64,000 bases of DNA, taken from Vitrella brassicaformis CCMP3155 (Eukaryota; Protista; Chromerida). The notes beneath the pieces were generated by a model. That model was not told the DNA's origin. It searched no databases and was given only the letters and a program-made list of their open reading frames with translations. Shown piece by piece: positions 45,362 through 58,640 of the stretch (positions are counted from its first letter, which is position 1; each line of letters begins with the position of its first letter). Both the position numbers and the translations under genes were made by a program. The stretch lies in contig CDMY01000450.1 of the NCBI GenBank assembly GCA_001179505.1, positions 10,255 through 74,254 on the forward strand. The letters run 5' to 3'.

Positions 45362-47059
45362 ATGGATTCGGAAGGGAGTTTTGCCACCAAGAGCATCCAT
45401 GCCGGCTCCAAGCCTCGCGTGAACCACTCCATGGTCTGTCCCATCTTCCAGAGGTGAGCACACGGCTGCAGCAAGACACCCATGCATAGATCTGCACAGA
45501 TCATTCATCGTGTGGGTCTGTCTGCTTCCAGCGCCACTTATGAGCAACCGTCGCTGGATCAGAGATACGAGGACATCAAGTACCTGCGGCTCAACAACAG
45601 CCCCACACACGAGCACCTGGATGCCAAGATCGGCCAGCTGGAGAATGGAACGGCCTTGGTCCTCAGCTCGGGTATGGAAGATACGACCGGCACTCACTGA
45701 AGTGTATGTGGTGCTGTCTGCCTCAGGTATGGCGGCCATTACGACGTCGCTGCTGGCTTTGTGCTCGTCGGGGGATCACATCCTGATGCAGGACCCTTGC
45801 TATGGCGCATCAACTGTTTTCGCCACTCACGACTTGACCAGGTTTGGCATGGACGTCACCTTCTTCAACAGCTTCGACGTCCAGAGGTGGGTACACACGC
45901 AATCAAGCTGCTCGCGAATTGACAGGCCACTGCTCGCTTCCCCCTCCTTGCCGTCCGTCAGTATCGATGAGGTGCTGTCGCTGCTGCGGCCCTCCACCCG
46001 GGTGATCTACGTCGAGTCGATCGCCAACCCCCTCACGCGCATCCCCAACATGCCGGTCATCATCGAGGCGGCAAAGCTGTTCGGCGAGCGGCACGGCACA
46101 CGCATCATCACCATGATCGACAACACCTTCGCCACGCCCTACAACTTCCGCCCGCTGGACTGCGGAATCGACGTGGTGCTCCACTCGGGCACCAAATACT
46201 TGAACGGCCATTCCGACATCTGTGCAGGTACACCAATCACATCGATGGCATGTGGGATGGATGGAGGGAAGGGCGATCGTCATTTCCTTTTCTCTATCTT
46301 ACTTACTGCTGCGTGCCGTGCAGGTGTGGTTGTGGTGCGCGACAAGTCTCTGATGGAGAAGATACAGACCATGGCGACACACCTCGGGCCGTGCCTTGAC
46401 CCCAACTCGTGCTTCCTTCTCGACCGAGGCCTCAAGACCCTCCCACTCCGCATCCAGCAGCACAATGACAACGCCCTCCGACTCGCACAGTTCCTCGAGA
46501 GCCATCAATCCGTTGCGAGAGTCAACTATCCAGGTCGGCCACACCCACACACAACCATGCCTCCTCTATCGCTCCCTCATCTGTGTGTGCAGGCCTCGAG
46601 AGCCACAAGGACCACGCCAGGGCCCTGTCGCTCTTCACTCCGCACCAAAGTCATCACGGCAAGGTCACCGACGGCACGGCCAATGGCACAGACGGCCATG
46701 GGTCATCCGTAGGGTGCGGCGGCATGCTGTCGTTCGAGCTGGCCAGCGCATCCCTCGAAGCAGCTGGGAGATTCGTTTACGCGTTGCAAGTGGCGACGAT
46801 GGCGCCGTCTCTGGGGTCTGTCGAGACACTTGTGACCATCCCTGCACGATCTTCGCATGCCGGTGCGGTGAGGGGGTGAAAGCCGGGAGGAAGGAAGTTC
46901 TCGCGCCCTCTGTCTTATGTGCGTGTGTCATATGCAGGCCTGTCTGCTGAGGAGCGTCAGCGAGCGGGTGTGTCGGAGTCGCTCATCAGGGTCTCGGTCG
47001 GATTGGAAGGCATCGAGGACCTCATCGAGGACTTTCAGACGGCGCTCAAGCAAGTGTAG
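45362..47059 (+). CDS. PLP-dependent Cys/Met metabolism enzyme (cystathionine gamma-lyase/synthase or methionine gamma-lyase family), multi-exon
   Basis: FATKSIHAG...PIFQS|ATY, SSG|MAAI, YGAS, VESIANP, IDNTFATP, HSGTKYLNGHSD (PLP Lys), LDRGLKTLPLR, VNYP|GL, GGMLSFEL, SLGSVETLV, IRVSVGLEGIEDLIEDF. Confidence 0.93.
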
Positions 47060-47593
47060 GTCGCCGGTGGAATGGACGAATCGGTGGAGGGAGGGGTGTT
47101 TGGCCAAGAGGGCCAAACGCGCGAGATATTTGAGTTTTTGCTGTTGCCATGCTGCGTTTTGTTTGGTCAATCCATGTGTGTGCATTGCATGATTGATGAA
47201 TGGCGAGACGTGTTTGTCTGTGTGTGGACGGACGGCTGACACGGCGCCGTGTGGACAAATGATTCAACCATCGTGGCCGGTGCGTCCAATGCGACTAATC
47301 AAATCACACACACACGCACACACGCGCGCGCACGCACACAGACATACGAATGCTTTCACACCAGTCGGCGGCCGACTGACAGGCAAATGTCAGTTGAGCG
47401 GTATCTGCACACATCGCTGACCCATCCCATAGCCGCGCTAACACACCCAACTAGCCAGACAGACTAAGGCAGCACCATCTCGCGTCATCACACCTACGCA
47501 GCACTTGACAACCACTGCCCCTGTCTAGTCATCCTGTCTCCCCCTCCCACCCGCGCGCCCTCCCTGCTGGGTCGTCGTGGGGTCCTCGGCCGG

Positions 47594-49230
47594 CTAGTTG
47601 ATGCCCAGCGGCTGGAAGAGGCCGATGTCGTTGACCCACCCCAGCTGACCCCAACCGAACTGACAGTCGTCGTTGCCCAGGTGGCTGTTGAAGCCCTTGA
47701 CCACACCAGTCAGCCCATATCGGGCCGCCTCGTCCAGCCGAGCCCGATGCACCACCTCACGCAGACCCACCCGCCGCACAGTCGGCCCCTCTCTGACGGC
47801 GAAGCACTGGAGGGGCACCCGCACCACCCGGCCGCCCACATTGGCCATGCCGCCGATGACCTCCTCATTGTCGGCCGTCTTGGTCGCCGCGCACTTGACG
47901 AAGCGCTGCATGGCCCTCTTGATGCGGTGGGCCACCACGGGCTGCCCGAGGGTGATGGTGTCAACGGCCTCTGGCTCGTGGAGGAAGGCACCGATCTTCC
48001 AGGCCACCTGGGCCGTCGCATCCGTGAGGGCAAATGGGGAGGGGGCAGCGGGGGCATGTGCTGCAGCAGCAGTGGATGTGTCAGTGGCGGTGGTGGGTGG
48101 GGCGGGGCGGGCGAGGGGCAGCAGGCGCGTCAGCACGCTGGCGGCGTCTCGCTGGGGATTGAGGGCGCCGTTGACGCCGTCCATGACGGCCTTGGGCAGC
48201 TTGTCGTTGAGGACGGTGAGGTACTCGGCCAACACCACACTGTGCGCATCTCGAGCTTGCTGCCTGGCGTCGGGTGGCAGCTGCTGTGGAGTCCGCACCA
48301 TGGCGATGGCTGCCCCCGATGTCAGGAGTGTGCGGATGGCCCGCTGCATCCCGCTGACCGTCGCATCACGCGGCACTAAGGGATCCTCCTCACCATCATC
48401 TTGGCTGCGCAACTCGGCGACCCTCCTGGCAGCGATGCCCAAAGGCGTCCGGTGGAAGCGAAAGGGCCATGGATCTGTGGCTGTTTTGATCTGTGCGGGG
48501 CTGAGATGCTGACACAGCCACTCGATCACGTGATAGGACGAGTTGCGTGCCGCCTCCGGCAGGACCGCCGACTCGTCGATGCTGGCGCCGTTGTCCATCA
48601 TCAGCTGCAGGTAGCCGTGGATGAAGCCCTCCGAGTAGGTGCGGCCAACCATGGCTGCACGATGGATGACATTGCTGCCAACAATTGCCTCGTTGGCGAG
48701 GGAGGGGTCGAGCTTGACGAGGTAGGTGTAGATGCCCATCATGGCCGCCTCGTACTGTTCGCTGGAACGCACCCCCCGTCGCAGGAAGGCCAGCTTCCGC
48801 CCTCTCAGATCCGCCCCGCTGGCCACGAGGATCTTGACGGCCGTCAGGTTGGCCACAGCGGCAGCACCAGCCGTCCAGCGTCCGTGCCCGGCAACCCGAT
48901 GCCTAGGGGGGCTTCGAGCGCCGTGGGAGTGCTCCAGTCGTCGATGGCCAATGACAGCAGACACACTCGCAGCCAACGCTCGTAGCGCTCGTGACCAGAG
49001 GTCCAGGTGGTGATGAGGTCAATGCACACTCGTGGGTCGGCCCCCTTGCGAATGAGCCGCTGGATGCCGTCAGGTGTGATTGTGCGTCGCAGGATGCCCT
49101 GGACGAGCCGCTTGGTGGCCGCATTGGTGCCGGGCGGGAAGCGGACCTTCACATTCTCTATCACATACGGCTGCTGCTGTGGCTGCTGTGGTTGCTGTGG
49201 TTGCTGTCCGGCTGGTGATGAAGCGGACAT
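47594..49230 (-). pseudogene. Copy 3 of the ankyrin-like family; internal deletion with frameshift near 48850-48854
   Basis: The N-part (MSASSPAGQQPQQP...RLVLPLWPT*) stops immediately after the junction. The C-part resumes in another frame at ANLTAVK. The segment corresponding to 148 bp of copy 1 and 130 bp of copy 2 is missing. Confidence 0.8.
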
Positions 49231-49659
49231 GATCCTCAAAATCTGCACACAGCAGAGCCACGAATACAGAGTGTTGTCATCGCACTCGGTGTGGCGCATT
49301 GTGCTGCGCTGCTGTACCTGAGAAATGGGCACTGACGAACCCCGTGACGCTCCGATGAGGCAGTCACGTCGAGGAACCTACTCCTGCGCACCTGATCTAC
49401 TGCAAGGGCTCGTCAGTCCGTCGGCAGCTGGCTGCTGACTCCTCCGAAGCTATGAAACAACAACAGTGCTACCTGCAAGGACAGGCAGAAGCGCACATGC
49501 AACCGTTGCTTTTGGCCAGATCTGCATCTTTACCTCTTCCCCGCCTACCAGAGATCCACAACGATGTTTGAAAGCTTCACTCCGGGAGGGCAAGCGATCT
49601 GCGGGGTCTAAACCCTACACAACCACAAACCCTGCAGTGGGAAACCAGGTGGGAAAGTC

Positions 49660-51309
49660 ATGCCTTTCTCCTCCCTTCCCGTTTGTGCTTTTGCCTTTGC
49701 GGCCACACCGAATGGTTCGCCATCCGTCCATCACAGGCCGACTCTTCCGCGGCTCGTGAAAGCAAGATGCACCCATGGCTCACGACGCAGCCATGCCGCC
49801 ACTGAGGGACCGCAAAGCAACAGAGGAGCTGATCTGCGGCTCTTTCATCCATCCTTGTTTCCCCCATTGCTCTTCCAAAGACCCCGACGGAGTCGGCTTC
49901 ATGCAAGTGCACCGGCGGCTTCCCTGGTCCAGCCATCGGAGCCTGCCACTCTCAGCCATGCGCCGGCAATCAGCACACAAGATCCCGAAATGGCAGAGAT
50001 CTTGGCAGCGGAGGAACGGAGGCAGGCCGGGTCGCTCGAGCTTATAGCAAGCGAGAACTTCGTTTCACCTGCTGTGCTGGAGGCTCTCGGGTCTGTGTTG
50101 ACGAACAAGTACTCTGAGGGGCGCCCTGGTGCTCGCTTCTACGGCGGCAATCAGCACATCGACACACTGGAGAGGCTCTGCGAGAGGCGGGCGCTGGAGC
50201 TGTTTGGTCTGCTGCCGGCAGGGGAGGGCGAGGAACCGCAGTGGGGCGTCAACGTGCAGCCGTATTCGGGCAGCCCGGCCAACTTCGCTGTCTATACTGC
50301 CCTGCTGCGTCCGCATGATCGCATCATGGGTCTTGACCTACCCGACGGCGGCCACCTCTCACACGGCTACGCCACCCCAAAGCGACGCGTGTCGGCCACG
50401 TCTATCTACTTCGAGAGCATGCCCTATCGCGTCGACCCACAAACTGGCCTCATTGACTATGACGACCTGGAGAGGCTGGCGCTGGTCTTCCGCCCCCGCT
50501 TGCTGATTGCCGGTGCGAGTGCGTATCCGCGAGACTGGGACTATGGTCGGATGCGACGAATTGCCGATTCGTGTGGGGCATACCTGATGGCCGACATGGC
50601 GCACATCAGTGGTCTGGTGGCTGCCGGCGAAGCCAAGAGCCCCTTCGAGCACTGCGATGTCGTCACGTCCACGACACACAAGTCTTTGAGGGGCCCTCGG
50701 TCGGGCATCATCTTCTACCGCTCTCACCTCAAGGACGCCATCGACAATGCGGTCTTTCCGGCGCTGCAAGGCGGCCCGCACAACAACAACATCGGTGCTC
50801 TGGCTGTGGCACTCAAAGAGGCCAACAGTGAGGCATTCAGAAACTACGCCAAGGCCGTCAAGGCAAATGCGAAAGCGCTGGCGTCTTCTCTGCTGGACTA
50901 CGGCTACACCCTGTCTTCCAACGGCACCGATAACCACATCGTTCTGTGGGATCTGCGCCCTCTCAACCTTACTGGCAGCAAACTCGAGAAGCTCCTGGAG
51001 CGTATGCATGTGACGGCCAACCGGAACACCATCCCCGGTGACCGCAATGCGGTCGCCCCCCGTGGCTTGCGGCTCGGCACGCCTGCATTGACAACACGAG
51101 GTCTAAGGGAGGATGACTTCCGGTGGATAGCCACGCTCCTTGACGAGGCGGTGCAGCTGGCGTGCGAGATTCAGGGCGAGAGGCAGGGCATGAAGCTGGT
51201 GGACTTCGTGGCGGCAATGGACCAAGAGCCCTACGCCAGCCAGCTGGAGGGGATGAGGCAGAGAGTGCTGGACAAGCTGAGCGGGTTCCCGATGATGCAT
51301 AAGCAGTGA
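49660..51309 (+). CDS. SHMT: Serine hydroxymethyltransferase, eukaryote type, intronless over the catalytic region, with N-terminal extension
   Basis: [79 protein letters not shown] (PLP Lys), [24 protein letters not shown] in one 549-aa ORF. True start codon uncertain. Confidence 0.97.
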   Translation: MPFSSLPVCAFAFAATPNGSPSVHHRPTLPRLVKARCTHGSRRSHAATEGPQSNRGADLRLFHPSLFPPLLFQRPRRSRLHASAPAASLVQPSEPATLSHAPAISTQDPEMAEILAAEERRQAGSLELIASENFVSPAVLEALGSVLTNKYSEGRPGARFYGGNQHIDTLERLCERRALELFGLLPAGEGEEPQWGVNVQPYSGSPANFAVYTALLRPHDRIMGLDLPDGGHLSHGYATPKRRVSATSIYFESMPYRVDPQTGLIDYDDLERLALVFRPRLLIAGASAYPRDWDYGRMRRIADSCGAYLMADMAHISGLVAAGEAKSPFEHCDVVTSTTHKSLRGPRSGIIFYRSHLKDAIDNAVFPALQGGPHNNNIGALAVALKEANSEAFRNYAKAVKANAKALASSLLDYGYTLSSNGTDNHIVLWDLRPLNLTGSKLEKLLERMHVTANRNTIPGDRNAVAPRGLRLGTPALTTRGLREDDFRWIATLLDEAVQLACEIQGERQGMKLVDFVAAMDQEPYASQLEGMRQRVLDKLSGFPMMHKQ

Positions 51310-51534
51310 GGATGGATGGGCAGGGTTGCACGGGTGCATCTTGCTCTGTGCACAGACAGACGTACACTGGATGGTCACTGTCTGCAAGGCAGACAGACTG
51401 TGTGCAATTGTGACGTCAAATGTGTTTGAGTTGAGTGAAGGTACAGTTGTGCATGCGAGTCAATCTGGCAGGGTTTGGGTGTAGGGTAAGAAACCCCTAC
51501 CCTACATACGACTGTTTTCACTTTTCCCAAGTTC

Positions 51535-54500
51535 ATGGCCCTGCCGCCTGCGCAATGGAGCAGGCAAATGAGGCGAAGATCTGCAACGATCTGCGATGCT
51601 TCATCCGCTCTCACTCATCCCTTCGTCACGCAGCATCGTGGCCTCCACACCTGCCGTCCGTCGTTGGCCCGCGTGACTGTCATCCCGATGGAAGTGGCGC
51701 CATCACAGCCGCAGAGGCTGCACCCTGTAAGAAATGACTGACACATGAGTGAAGCAAAGATCCCGATTGCTTTGCCTGTTTTTTTCTTTTCACTCAGGAT
51801 CTGCCTCCGATACGCGAGATCAACTCGCTCACTCGGCCGCAGGTCATTGCCGCACTCAAAGGTGGGCAAGTCTTCGACAGACAAAAGCTCAGCAGTTTGT
51901 TGACTCATTCATGCGCGTGTGTGATCTCTTGTCAGCTGCGGACCAGACTGGCGGCGTGGATGATGACTACTGGGAGTGTCTGCTCGACCGCACACGGCAA
52001 CTCGCACCGCAGCTCCTGCCCGACGACCTCAGGAGAGTCTATCGCTCCCTCGCTTCGTAGCCGACGCACACGTGCACACGGCGACCTTCTGTGAATGAGT
52101 GGGTATCTGTCCGTGTCAGTGCGAAGCGTCACGACTTGGCCACTGGCACTGCCCTCAATCGGCGGCTCCGCGAGGTCGTCCATTCGTTGTCGCTGGACCA
52201 AATAGGTAGTGCACGGCTACACCACATCACATCACGGCATGCCGGACAATGAGCTCGGACTTATTCGTTCCTGGTGTGTCCATCATGATTGTGCAGCCAG
52301 GATTCTGTTCTGCCTCCAGGAGATGCAGTGGCGGCCCACATGGAGCATCCTAAAAATGATGGAAAAGGCAGAAAAGGTGAGCGCACCGATGCATGAAACC
52401 GCTCCTGTGTACGTACCGTCTGTCTGTCCTTATCGCTGTCCAGGATCTCCACGAGGCGACTCCCAAGCAGCTTCGCGAGATTGTGGCAACGTTTGTCCGG
52501 CTGCACATCCCCATCAGCTCTGATTTCTACCAGGCGCTGCTCAAGAAGGTCGGTGACTACGTCCCGCGAGTCGTCAAACAGTTCGAACCAGCTGACTTTG
52601 CGGTGAGTGAGTGAGTGAGTGAGTGGGAATGGGCCTTCGTCTATGTCACGGCATTATATTGGAGGCTCCTGCAGGTGATCCTCAACGCGTACGCTCAGTT
52701 GGGGCTGAGGCACGAAAAGGTTAGCAAAAGGAGAAGAAGAAAAGCAGCGTCGACCAAGAAGGGCGGTTCTGTGTCCCTTCTTGATTGCAGCTGTTTGACG
52801 TGTGCGCCCACCACGCGTCCTATCAGCTGGACAAGTTCTCAGCGCTGGTGAGCCAGAAGGATATTTGCCTTCCATCCGTATCCAATGCACGTTCCTTGCA
52901 CCGGGTCGGGTGTGGTGTGTGTCCTCAGCAATTGGCTCTGACGATCAACGCCTACGCGCGGATGCAGATACGCCGGCTGATGCTGCTCAGGTACGCCCGT
53001 CAGTCACGACACAGCCCTTGGCAAAATCTATCTATGCTGTACATTCACCCGTGTCAATGTATTGTGTCATTCATTTAGGTCTGTTGCTGACCAGGTGGTG
53101 GCTCGTGCCGACGAGTTGAGCCCTCAGAACATGTCAAACATCGTCAATGCATTCGCCAAACTGGAATACACCGACCCACACGTGTTCGATGAGATCGCGC
53201 CGAGGGTACGGTGCGAGCATCGCTGTGCACATGAGGAGTGCAATCAGCGTGCATCCATCGTGCGTGTTTGTCGCTATAGGTGTCAGTGAAGGTCCGTCAC
53301 TTCAGCCCGCAGCAGCTGTCCAATGTGGCCAACGCCTTCGCGAAGGCGGGCATCAAGAATGATGTGGGCTGCAAGACGAAGAAGCGAGCGCCGCCATCAA
53401 TCATGTCCGGCATGCATGTTGGTTGCGTGTGTTGTTGTAGGTGTTGTTTGATCGCATCGCCAAGATGTCCATACGCGTCATGGACAGATTCAAAGCACAG
53501 TAAGAAATGCACGCAGCTCACAGCGGTGTACGTAACATAACCTTTTCTGTTTGCCCATCCAGGGAGGTGGCCAATTTGGCAAATGCGTATGCCAAGCTGG
53601 AGTACGCAAACAAGCCCCTGTTCGCAGCCATTGCAGGTAGCACGCCACGCCCCCATCCTGATCTGATCTTGTGCTTGCTGGACTAAGGCATCCGCTTTTG
53701 TGTTCTTCCTCTCTCTGCAGATGAGACGATATGGCGTGGCACTGTGGGTAAGTGATAGAACTCACATGTGGCCACGAAATGCGATGGACCATTGTCGTGT
53801 GTAGCGTTGGAGGTGCCCCAGAACCGATTCACGATGAGGGACACCGCTGAACTGGGTAGAGAAAGGGAAGCAAGGGAGCTGATTTGCGGTTTGTCAACTG
53901 TTCCATCTCACTTTGAGTATCGTCTCGTGTGTGGGGCAGCGAATGCGTTTGCCAAGTTGGGCATGCATGACTTGCGAGTCTTCTTGTCACTCACAAAACT
54001 CATGAGGAAGGTGGGCAAAGGAGGCAAGAGCAGGACTCCACACGGCCCCCCACCTCTGTGTGTGCACAGGCGATGAAGTCTCGGCAGGGCGCCGAAGACA
54101 CCCCTGATGGACAGACACTGTCCATGATAATACACGCATACGGTGAGCAGCAATGGACACGACGGGCTGGTTGGACAAGACCGATGGATGCTTCTTTGCT
54201 GTGTGTCAGCCAAGGCTGGCAAGAGGTTCCACTTCTTCCTGCGATTCATCGCACACTACCTGCTGGAATACAGAAACAAGTGAGAGAGACATATTGCAAT
54301 GCAGCACAGGACAGACAGGACAACGAGCTCATGAGTCCTGTCTGTTGTCCGCGTGCGTTGATCAGATACAGCACTATGGGGCTCTCCAACATCCTGCATG
54401 GGTGCCAGAAGCTGGGCATCAAACACCAACTGCTTTTCGGAAGCATACTCCAACAGGTGACAACTAGGTGCAGGGGGAGTGACTGACGATAAAGTAAGAA

Positions 54501-57500
54501 ACAGCTACCTCCCCACGTGTGCGTCTTGTCCGTCAGTCGAAGGAGCGACTGGAGCAATTCTCCCCCCAAGGTGCGGCTGCACCTACCTACGTGAAGAAAT
54601 GCTCTTTTTCTCTCGTCACATGAATGCCATGTCGCATTCATTCACAGGTCTGGTCGTGCTTCTTCACGCCTTCTCTCGCCTCGATGTCTACAAGAGGTCC
54701 TTCGTCAGACGAGCACTCAAACAGGTGAGTGAGTGCACAAAGAGACACAAGATGCGAGACCGAAGTCCTTTGCCCTCTTTACCCCCACGTCTTTGCTCTT
54801 TGTCAGTGCGGTATTTATCTGGCGCAGTTTGAGAGCATCGACATGGCGGCCCTCTCGCAGGCGTTGGCGGAGTTCAGATACAGAGATGTCCACTTCCTCA
54901 AGAAAATCGGAAGGGTAAGCAGAATGGAAGAAACAGACAGACAAGGCTCTGTCAGGTAAGTAAGCATTGGTGTGCGTGTCCTTGCTCTCCAGGCGGTTAT
55001 GACCAAGAAGTATGATCTGTCGAATCAGCAGCTGGCCACCATCCTCTACTCATACGCCAGGCTGCGGATCAACGACAAGGTCCTCTTCGATGCCCTCCTG
55101 CAGGAGGCGTACGAGCGGCAACACCGTCTCAAGGAACAGGTGACTGACCAACAACCAGTCGAACGATGCATTGGGGCAATGCAGCCCACCCGCCGCTGCT
55201 TTCTTCTTTCAGGAACTGGTCAACATCGCCCTGGCCATGGTCCTGCGAGACGTGGAGAAGATCACCATCACGTCAATCGCCAACCCACCTTCCCAACCGA
55301 CAGAAACACAGCAAATCGAAGACTCGCCGACCGGCGTTGCACCCGCAGAGCCCTCCGCCGAGATCACACCCGTGACAACAGACACCGCCCCTTCTGCTTC
55401 CGCTGCTGCCGGTGGTGGTTTGCTGTCTCTTGGTGACATCCATGAGCCCCACTATGTCCCGCTCATCAAGGCTGAGCCCTGGGAGGGCGACAGCAGCATC
55501 CTCTCAGCCATGCTGCAAAGGACAATACAATTCAGGTAAGACGAAACAAAGAAGGCGTTAGGTTGATGTCTGTCACAAGCACTCTTCCGTTGATGCAGGA
55601 AACGATTGCGCTTCGAGGGTGCGAGTCAGCTGCAAATGATCGAGCTCTACCTGAGGCTGCTGGTAGGAAGCATGGCAGAAATCACACCTGTCCTCGTGTG
55701 CTTGATCTTGTCTCTCTTCTCGCCAGCGACCAGAGATCTATGAGAGTCTGCCGTTCTCAGTCAAGGAATTTTTGGCACGGGTGAGTAAGCGAGTGGAGAA
55801 AGGCATAACGAGGGACGCTTCACCGGTCTCACGCCCATCTGTCCGTCCGTCCGACCATGTGGCAGGTGCGCCGTGTGAGTCTACGCGTGGACGACTACAT
55901 GGCCCAGAGCTCCCGCACCCACCGCATGATATCGGGGTACTTCACGCGGGTCGGGCTGCACCACAGAAACGAAGTGCAACTCGGGCCCTTCATGATCGAC
56001 ATAGTAAGGCAGACAAACACTTAGACATGAATGAATGCGACAAATGAAATGAGTGGCTGGCCTTGCAATTGTGTGTTGTATGTCAGGTGATCGGCAATCG
56101 TCTGGCAGTCGAGGTGGATGGTCCGCATCACTTCTTCCGAGAAACCAACATGCGGACGGCGCTGTCAATACTCAAAACCAGGGTCAGCTCAGCCAGAAAG
56201 ATGACTGACGTGACACACACCATGTGCGGTGCGGTGTGAGATGAGGATCGACTTAATGAATGTATCGATCAGGTGTTAGAGGCGATGGGTTGGAAGGTCG
56301 TCCACATCCACCACGATGAATGGGCGCAATGCGGTCGGCACGGCAAACACATCCACACACGCACCGCACGTGGTCGCTACACACCTGTACAGTACACCTG
56401 TGTATGTGTTGTCTTGCTGCTTGCCCGTTCAGTGACTGGCCAGAAACGACACCTCTACTGCTACTCATTCTGGTCGGCAAAGAACAATAGTGATGGATGC
56501 CTTGCACTTCCCGCTGGCCCATCACTGCACCTATGCGTGGGTCCTGTGTATGGGCGTGTGTGTCTCGTACTCAGGCGTCATCTGTTGCCCAACTGGGGCG
56601 AGCAGGCCGACACCAAGCCAAAGGTTGGAGACCTCATCAGACTCGTCGCAAAGAGCAGAAACAATGGTGAACCGAACCACACCCACGACTCTCATTCATC
56701 TGTGAGTCCCAAATCTCATCCCCTCTGTCGCCATCACGTCAGACACCGAGGATGCTTCCCTCGTGGATATCGAGCGACGCTTTTCGACGGACCGTTTGTC
56801 TCTGGAAGAGTATGAGGACTTCCTCAAGACCGTCAGCGAGCACTACCTCGACCCCTCGCAAGTCACCCAGCCGCCCCCTGACGCCGCCTTTGACGCCATA
56901 CCCGCCAACGCTGCGGCCGACGCGCCACAGCAGCTGCTGGAGCCCTCCTCCCCTCCTCTGTCGCCCTTCGACCCGACACCCTCGCACATGCTCGGGGAGG
57001 AACGACCAAGGGACAAGATCAGAGAGGATGATCACGCCGTGACGGAGGCAACCAGAGCGGCAAGCCAGTCTGCTGGGCCGCGCGAGAAGAGGAAGCGGGC
57101 CCGGCAGGAGGAGCTGGTGCGCGAAGTGGAGGCGCTAATGAGCGAGGCGGACGCGGCTGAGAAGGCGGCTCAGTCTGAAGAAGCACCGCCGGGCACTTCG
57201 CGTGCGCATCCCGTTGCGCCGCCCCCCCCAGAGGATCTGGGAAAGCCACTGCCGAGGTATCATCGTCAGGCAAAAGACAGGCGGCCCAAGGCCACAGCCA
57301 AAGACGATGCCAAGAACGAGGCTGAGGGTGATGCGGCACCGGCGATCGAGGGCCTCATCGACCGGCGCGCGGCCGCCGACACCACATCAGCTGTGGATCT
57401 TTCCGCCTACCGCTCGAGCGACCGCAGGGAGAGAATGAAACCACGCAGCGGCGTCCACGAGATGGATGAAGACCTACTTGATTCTCTGGATGAGCTGTTT

Positions 57501-58257
57501 AAGCCGCCCCCAGCCGAGCCTCAGCGCCGAGCACATGAAGGAGGAGGCGACGACGAGGCCAGCGAGACAGAGCCTGCTGGAGGGAGGGGTCGGAGGAAGA
57601 AGCGAGAGGCGTCGGAGGTTGATCTGGCGGCGCGAAAGATGGCCAAGGAGGAGAAGCAGCGGGCGGAAGAGAGCGGCCTGTTGCTCGGCGAAGTTGACAC
57701 AGACGCCGACTCGGATGAGGAGCAACAGCTTCCTGCAACCGCTTCCCTGTCAGATCGCCCCGCCGAGCGGACGACTGCGGCCCTCCCGCCCTTCTCTAGC
57801 CTGCCACCGTTTTTGTCGCACGAGCAAGCCTTTGATATCACATCAGAAATGCTCGAAGAGGAGAGACCCGCAACGACGCTATCGCTGCGTGCAGCACTGT
57901 CGTCTGACGGTGCCCCATCAACCGCAGCTGACCAGCGAAATGGTGACAGCTACGACTTGATTCACCATGGACCACCAGGTGAGGTGGATTGGGTTGGCTC
58001 GCGATCTATCTTGCATTCCCACATTCACTGACGCTTCGCATCTCTCTCTGTGTGTATGTGCAGGTGTTATCGATATCGATGGTGGGGGGCATGTGTCTGT
58101 GTCTGAGTGGACGGGCAGCCAGGCTGAAGAAGCAAGAGTCAGGTCGAGAGGGGCAGGCAGGAAGAGGCGACGTGTAATCGACCCAGACAAGCTCCAAGAA
58201 GAGCTAGAGGGCATTGCATTGGCGCAGCAGGCACAAGGGAATCGGACAGGAGGATGA
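51535..58257 (+). CDS. Organellar RNA-binding protein with heptatricopeptide (37-aa) repeats and a RAP domain, plus acidic low-complexity tail; more than 25 exons
   Basis: R-rich leader (RQMRRRS...RGLHTC). Repeats SPQNMSNIVNAFAKL...VRHF|SPQQLSNVANAFAKAG have an exact 37-aa period. RAP domain: GPFMIDI|VIGNRLAVEVDGPHHFFRET...LKT|RVLEAMGWKVVHIHHDEW. The tail corresponds to ORF 56763-58031. Confidence 0.85.
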
Positions 58258-58640
58258 GTTCGTCTGTGCGTCAGTCAGTGTGACTTGTTCATATTAGTGT
58301 TTATGTGTTAGTGTCTTGTCATGAGGCAGACAACAGAGTCAACGCATCGTCAATTGATGATGATCTGTGGACACGACGTTGATCTGCATCACGCCACCCC
58401 TCATGCTATGCTGCCTCCTGTGGCCTGGCTGCTGGTGGATGATGACGCCTGCATGCGGTCTGAGAAGCAGATGAATCACGAGACGATCTCGTGTGCTGGT
58501 GGTGCTGGCGATGCAAAGCACTCTCGTGTGGCAGATCAGGAAAGGCCCTTCGCTTCCCTCAAATTGCTCTGAGCTCGCAGCCTAGGGTGCTCCCTGAAAC
58601 CGCTGCTGCGGGAGGGAGGCTCTTGCTTGTCTGTCCAAGA

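Noticed and set aside
45660-45735. GGTATGG repeated at both ends of an intron in the PLP enzyme gene (recent intron gain by duplication?)
   Set aside because: The match is only about 7 bp and overlaps the ordinary AG|GT splice consensus, so it is not distinguishable from chance.
49564-49611. Upstream ATG as a spliced first exon of SHMT
   Set aside because: The frame closes at TAA (~49609-49611) before the candidate donor at ~49649.
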